Shown here piece after piece: positions 61,725 through 64,000 of a DNA stretch of 64,000 nt. The stretch is taken from positions 106,208,001 to 106,272,000 of the forward strand of contig NC_086108.1 of NCBI RefSeq assembly GCF_963921235.1, in the 5' to 3' direction. The stretch is from Mobula hypostoma (taxonomy: Eukaryota). The translations under genes were made by a program, and so were the position numbers. The notes beneath the pieces were generated by a model that saw nothing but the letters and a program-made list of their open reading frames with translations, was not told the origin of the DNA and did not search any database. The stretch's first letter is position 1. Every line of letters starts with the position of its first letter.

Positions 61725-62261
61725 TGTAAAGATGAAGCCACACTCAGGTTGGAGGAACAACACCTTATATTCCGTCTGAGTAGCCTCCAACCTGATGGCA
61801 TGAACATTGACTTCTCTAACTTCCGCTAATGCCCCACCTCCCCCTCGTACCCCATCCGTTATTTATCTATATACACATGTTCTTTCTCTCTCTCTCTCCT
61901 TCTTCTCCCTCTGTCCCTCTGACTATACCCCTTGCCCATCCTCTGGGTTTTTCCCTCCCCGCCCACTTTTCCTTCTCCCTAGGCCTCCTGTCCCATGATC
62001 CTCTCATATCCCTTTTGCCAATCACCTGTCCAGCTCTTGGCTCCATTCCTCCCCCTCCTGTCTTCTCCTATCATTTTGGATCTCCCCCTCCTCCTCCCAC
62101 TTTCAAATCTCTTACTAGCTCTTCCTTCAGTTAGTCCTGACGAAGGGTCTCGGCCCGAAACGTCGACTGCACCTCTTCCTAGAGATGCTGCCTGGCCCGC
62201 TGCGTTCACCAGCAACTTTGATGTGTGTTGCTTGAATTTCCAGCATCTGCAGAATTCCCCG
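61725..62261 (+). mobile_element. Penelope-like element 3' end / pLTR with 7-bp TSD
   Basis: KDEATLRLEEQHLIFRL.SLQPDGMNIDFSNFR*; TATCTAC at 61718-61724 and 62262-62268. Confidence 0.93.
62133..62168 (+). ncRNA. Minimal type I hammerhead ribozyme motif (PLE-associated)
   Basis: AGTC-CTGACGA-A-GGGT CTCG GCCC-GAAAC-GTC-GACT: stem I AGUC/GACU, core CUGANGA and GAAA, stem II GGGU/GCCC, palindromic ACGU stem III, GUC triplet. Confidence 0.8.
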
Positions 62262-62539
62262 TATCTACAAATGATGTGACTAAAGAACTCAGCAGGTGAA
62301 ACAACATCCGTGGGAGGAAAGGAACTGCAGACAAAAGGAAAACAGTAGGGTTTTGATCTGAAACATCAAAATTTCCTTTTCCTCCCACAGATGCTGCTCA
62401 ACCTGCTGAGATCTTCCTACCACAAAAAAAAGTGCTGTGGACACGTCACAGGAATCAGCCTCTCCTGTATGGACTCTGCCCGACAGGATGTTTAACTTAG
62501 ACCACAGCTGTGTACATACCTCTATTGATGCCTCTGGAC

Positions 62540-63908
62540 ACATCTTCAGTGATGTTCCTGGAATCATCGGGTGTTTTGGGTCTTTCAACATCATACAACC
62601 TCCTCCAGGTGACCCAGCCGGCGCTGATCAGACCCCAGCTTGTGTCCAGATGGCTAGCTACTTATGACTCCATGGCTCCGCTCTTTTGAGCCACAGCCAC
62701 CTTGAGGCCCTCTCTGTCACAACGATGGTACTGTGGATGGCTCTCCTCTTCCTCTCTCCCTCGATGACCAAAATGCTGAAGGCTCTAACTAAGGAACGGG
62801 CTACGAATCCCCTACAACCAACCTCCACTGGGAGACACCTCGCTCTCCATCCAGCCTGCTGACAGTTGCTGACCAGTCCTGCGTACTTGGAGAGCTTCCT
62901 TTCAAAGGCCTCTTCCAAGCGATCTTCCCATGGGACTGTGAGCTCCAGCAGCACCACTTGCTTAGTAGACTCAGACACTAGGACAATGTCTGGTCGCAGC
63001 GTGGTGGCTGTGACATAGTTGGGGAACTTCAGCTGCCCTTCAAGGTCCAGCAACAGCTGCCAGTCCCTTGCAGAGGTCAGAATGCCTGCAGATGTTCTTT
63101 TGGCAGGTATTGGCTGCTCCCCAGCTCTGACAAAGGCAATGGTCTGCTTGGAGGGTCGGGACCGCTTCGCCCACTCAACTCCTGCGCTGACGGCTTCAGC
63201 GATGGTCTTCAGGATCTGATCATGCCTCCATCTGTACCGTCCCTCACCAAGTGCCATTGCACAGCCGCTGAGGATGTGCTCCAGGGTTCCTCGCTTGGAG
63301 CACAGTGGGCACACAGATGACTCTGCCTTGCCCCATGTGTGCAGGTTTGATGGGCTTGGAAGCACATCGTACACTGCCTGGATGAGAAATTGGATGCGGT
63401 GTAGTTCGGCTTTCTAAAGATCAGCCCAGGTCACTTTCCTCTCAACTGCATTCTCCCATCTTGTCCAAGCTCCCTGTTGCTTCATTCCCACCGCCTTGCA
63501 GGCTCTCATCTCCTCCGCTACTGCTCTCACCTCCTCCTGAACTAGACGACGCCTTTCCTTCCCTCTGTTGTCCATTTGGGGAGTTGGAAAGGATCTTAGC
63601 CCAGCTCGGCCTCGTGTGACCACTCCCACCAGCCTTCTGTGACGCAGCCTCGCCTCTGCCTCCTGAACAGCTTCCTCTGCCCTCCACTTCCTGCCAGTAC
63701 TTACTTGGATCCCTGCTCTAGCCACCTTCAGGTCACTTGAGTCCCTATACTGTAACACTTCTCTGGCTCTTGTTACCTTGAATTCTTCCTCCAAGGATTT
63801 GAAGGGCAGTTGCAGTTTGTTGTGGTGTCCATAGAGTGCGATGCTGCTCAGGCTCTTTGGCAGCCCCAGCTATCTCCTGAGGTGGTTGCTAACCCTCCTC
63901 TCTAAGGT
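62540..63908 (-). mobile_element. HERO/NeSL-like RLE non-LTR retrotransposon, 3' portion
   Basis: YDVLPSPSNLHTWG..CPLC...LEHILSGC (CCHC), WRHDQIL, LRPDIVL, LLELTVPWE...K..KY, VEVGCRG; ORFs 63414-63794 and 62658-63374. Confidence 0.9.
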
Positions 63909-64000
63909 AACACTTGTAGCAGGGATTTTCTCTTAACAGTCAGAGTACAAGTCAGTTTGTGAAAGATTGCCACAATCAGGAGACTGCAAGATATTACTTT

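Noticed and set aside
1..64000. CRISPR arrays, prokaryotic operons, tRNA/rRNA genes
   Set aside because: No regularly spaced repeat-spacer array or operon structure seen; tRNA-like A/B boxes all belong to SINE heads.

Overview
Vertebrate genomic DNA, very likely from a cartilaginous fish (shark or ray). That assignment is inferred from recalled repeat families (V-domain/HE1-type SINEs, SacSINE1-like DeuSINE, abundant CR1 and Penelope-like elements) and was not checked against a database. The window is intronic or intergenic and is mostly a nested set of decayed transposons: CR1 LINEs, Rex1/Babar fragments, a near full-length RTE with several non-autonomous derivatives, Penelope-like elements with hammerhead motifs, two RLE-type elements (R4/Dong-like, HERO-like), an L1/Tx1 3' end, Tc1-like MITEs and two probable solo LTRs. 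Nearly all long ORFs are TE fragments or their antisense shadows. No host gene can be named; only weak candidate exons are visible. The most unusual non-TE feature is an inverted pair of ~130-140 bp (57959-58099 / 61516-61644) with block-wise conservation, enclosing an exon-like segment. Other highlights are an intact minimal hammerhead motif at 62133-62168, a TSD-bounded head-to-head Penelope palindrome, and a covarying structured RTE 5' UTR. Repeat boundaries are approximate unless a TSD is quoted.
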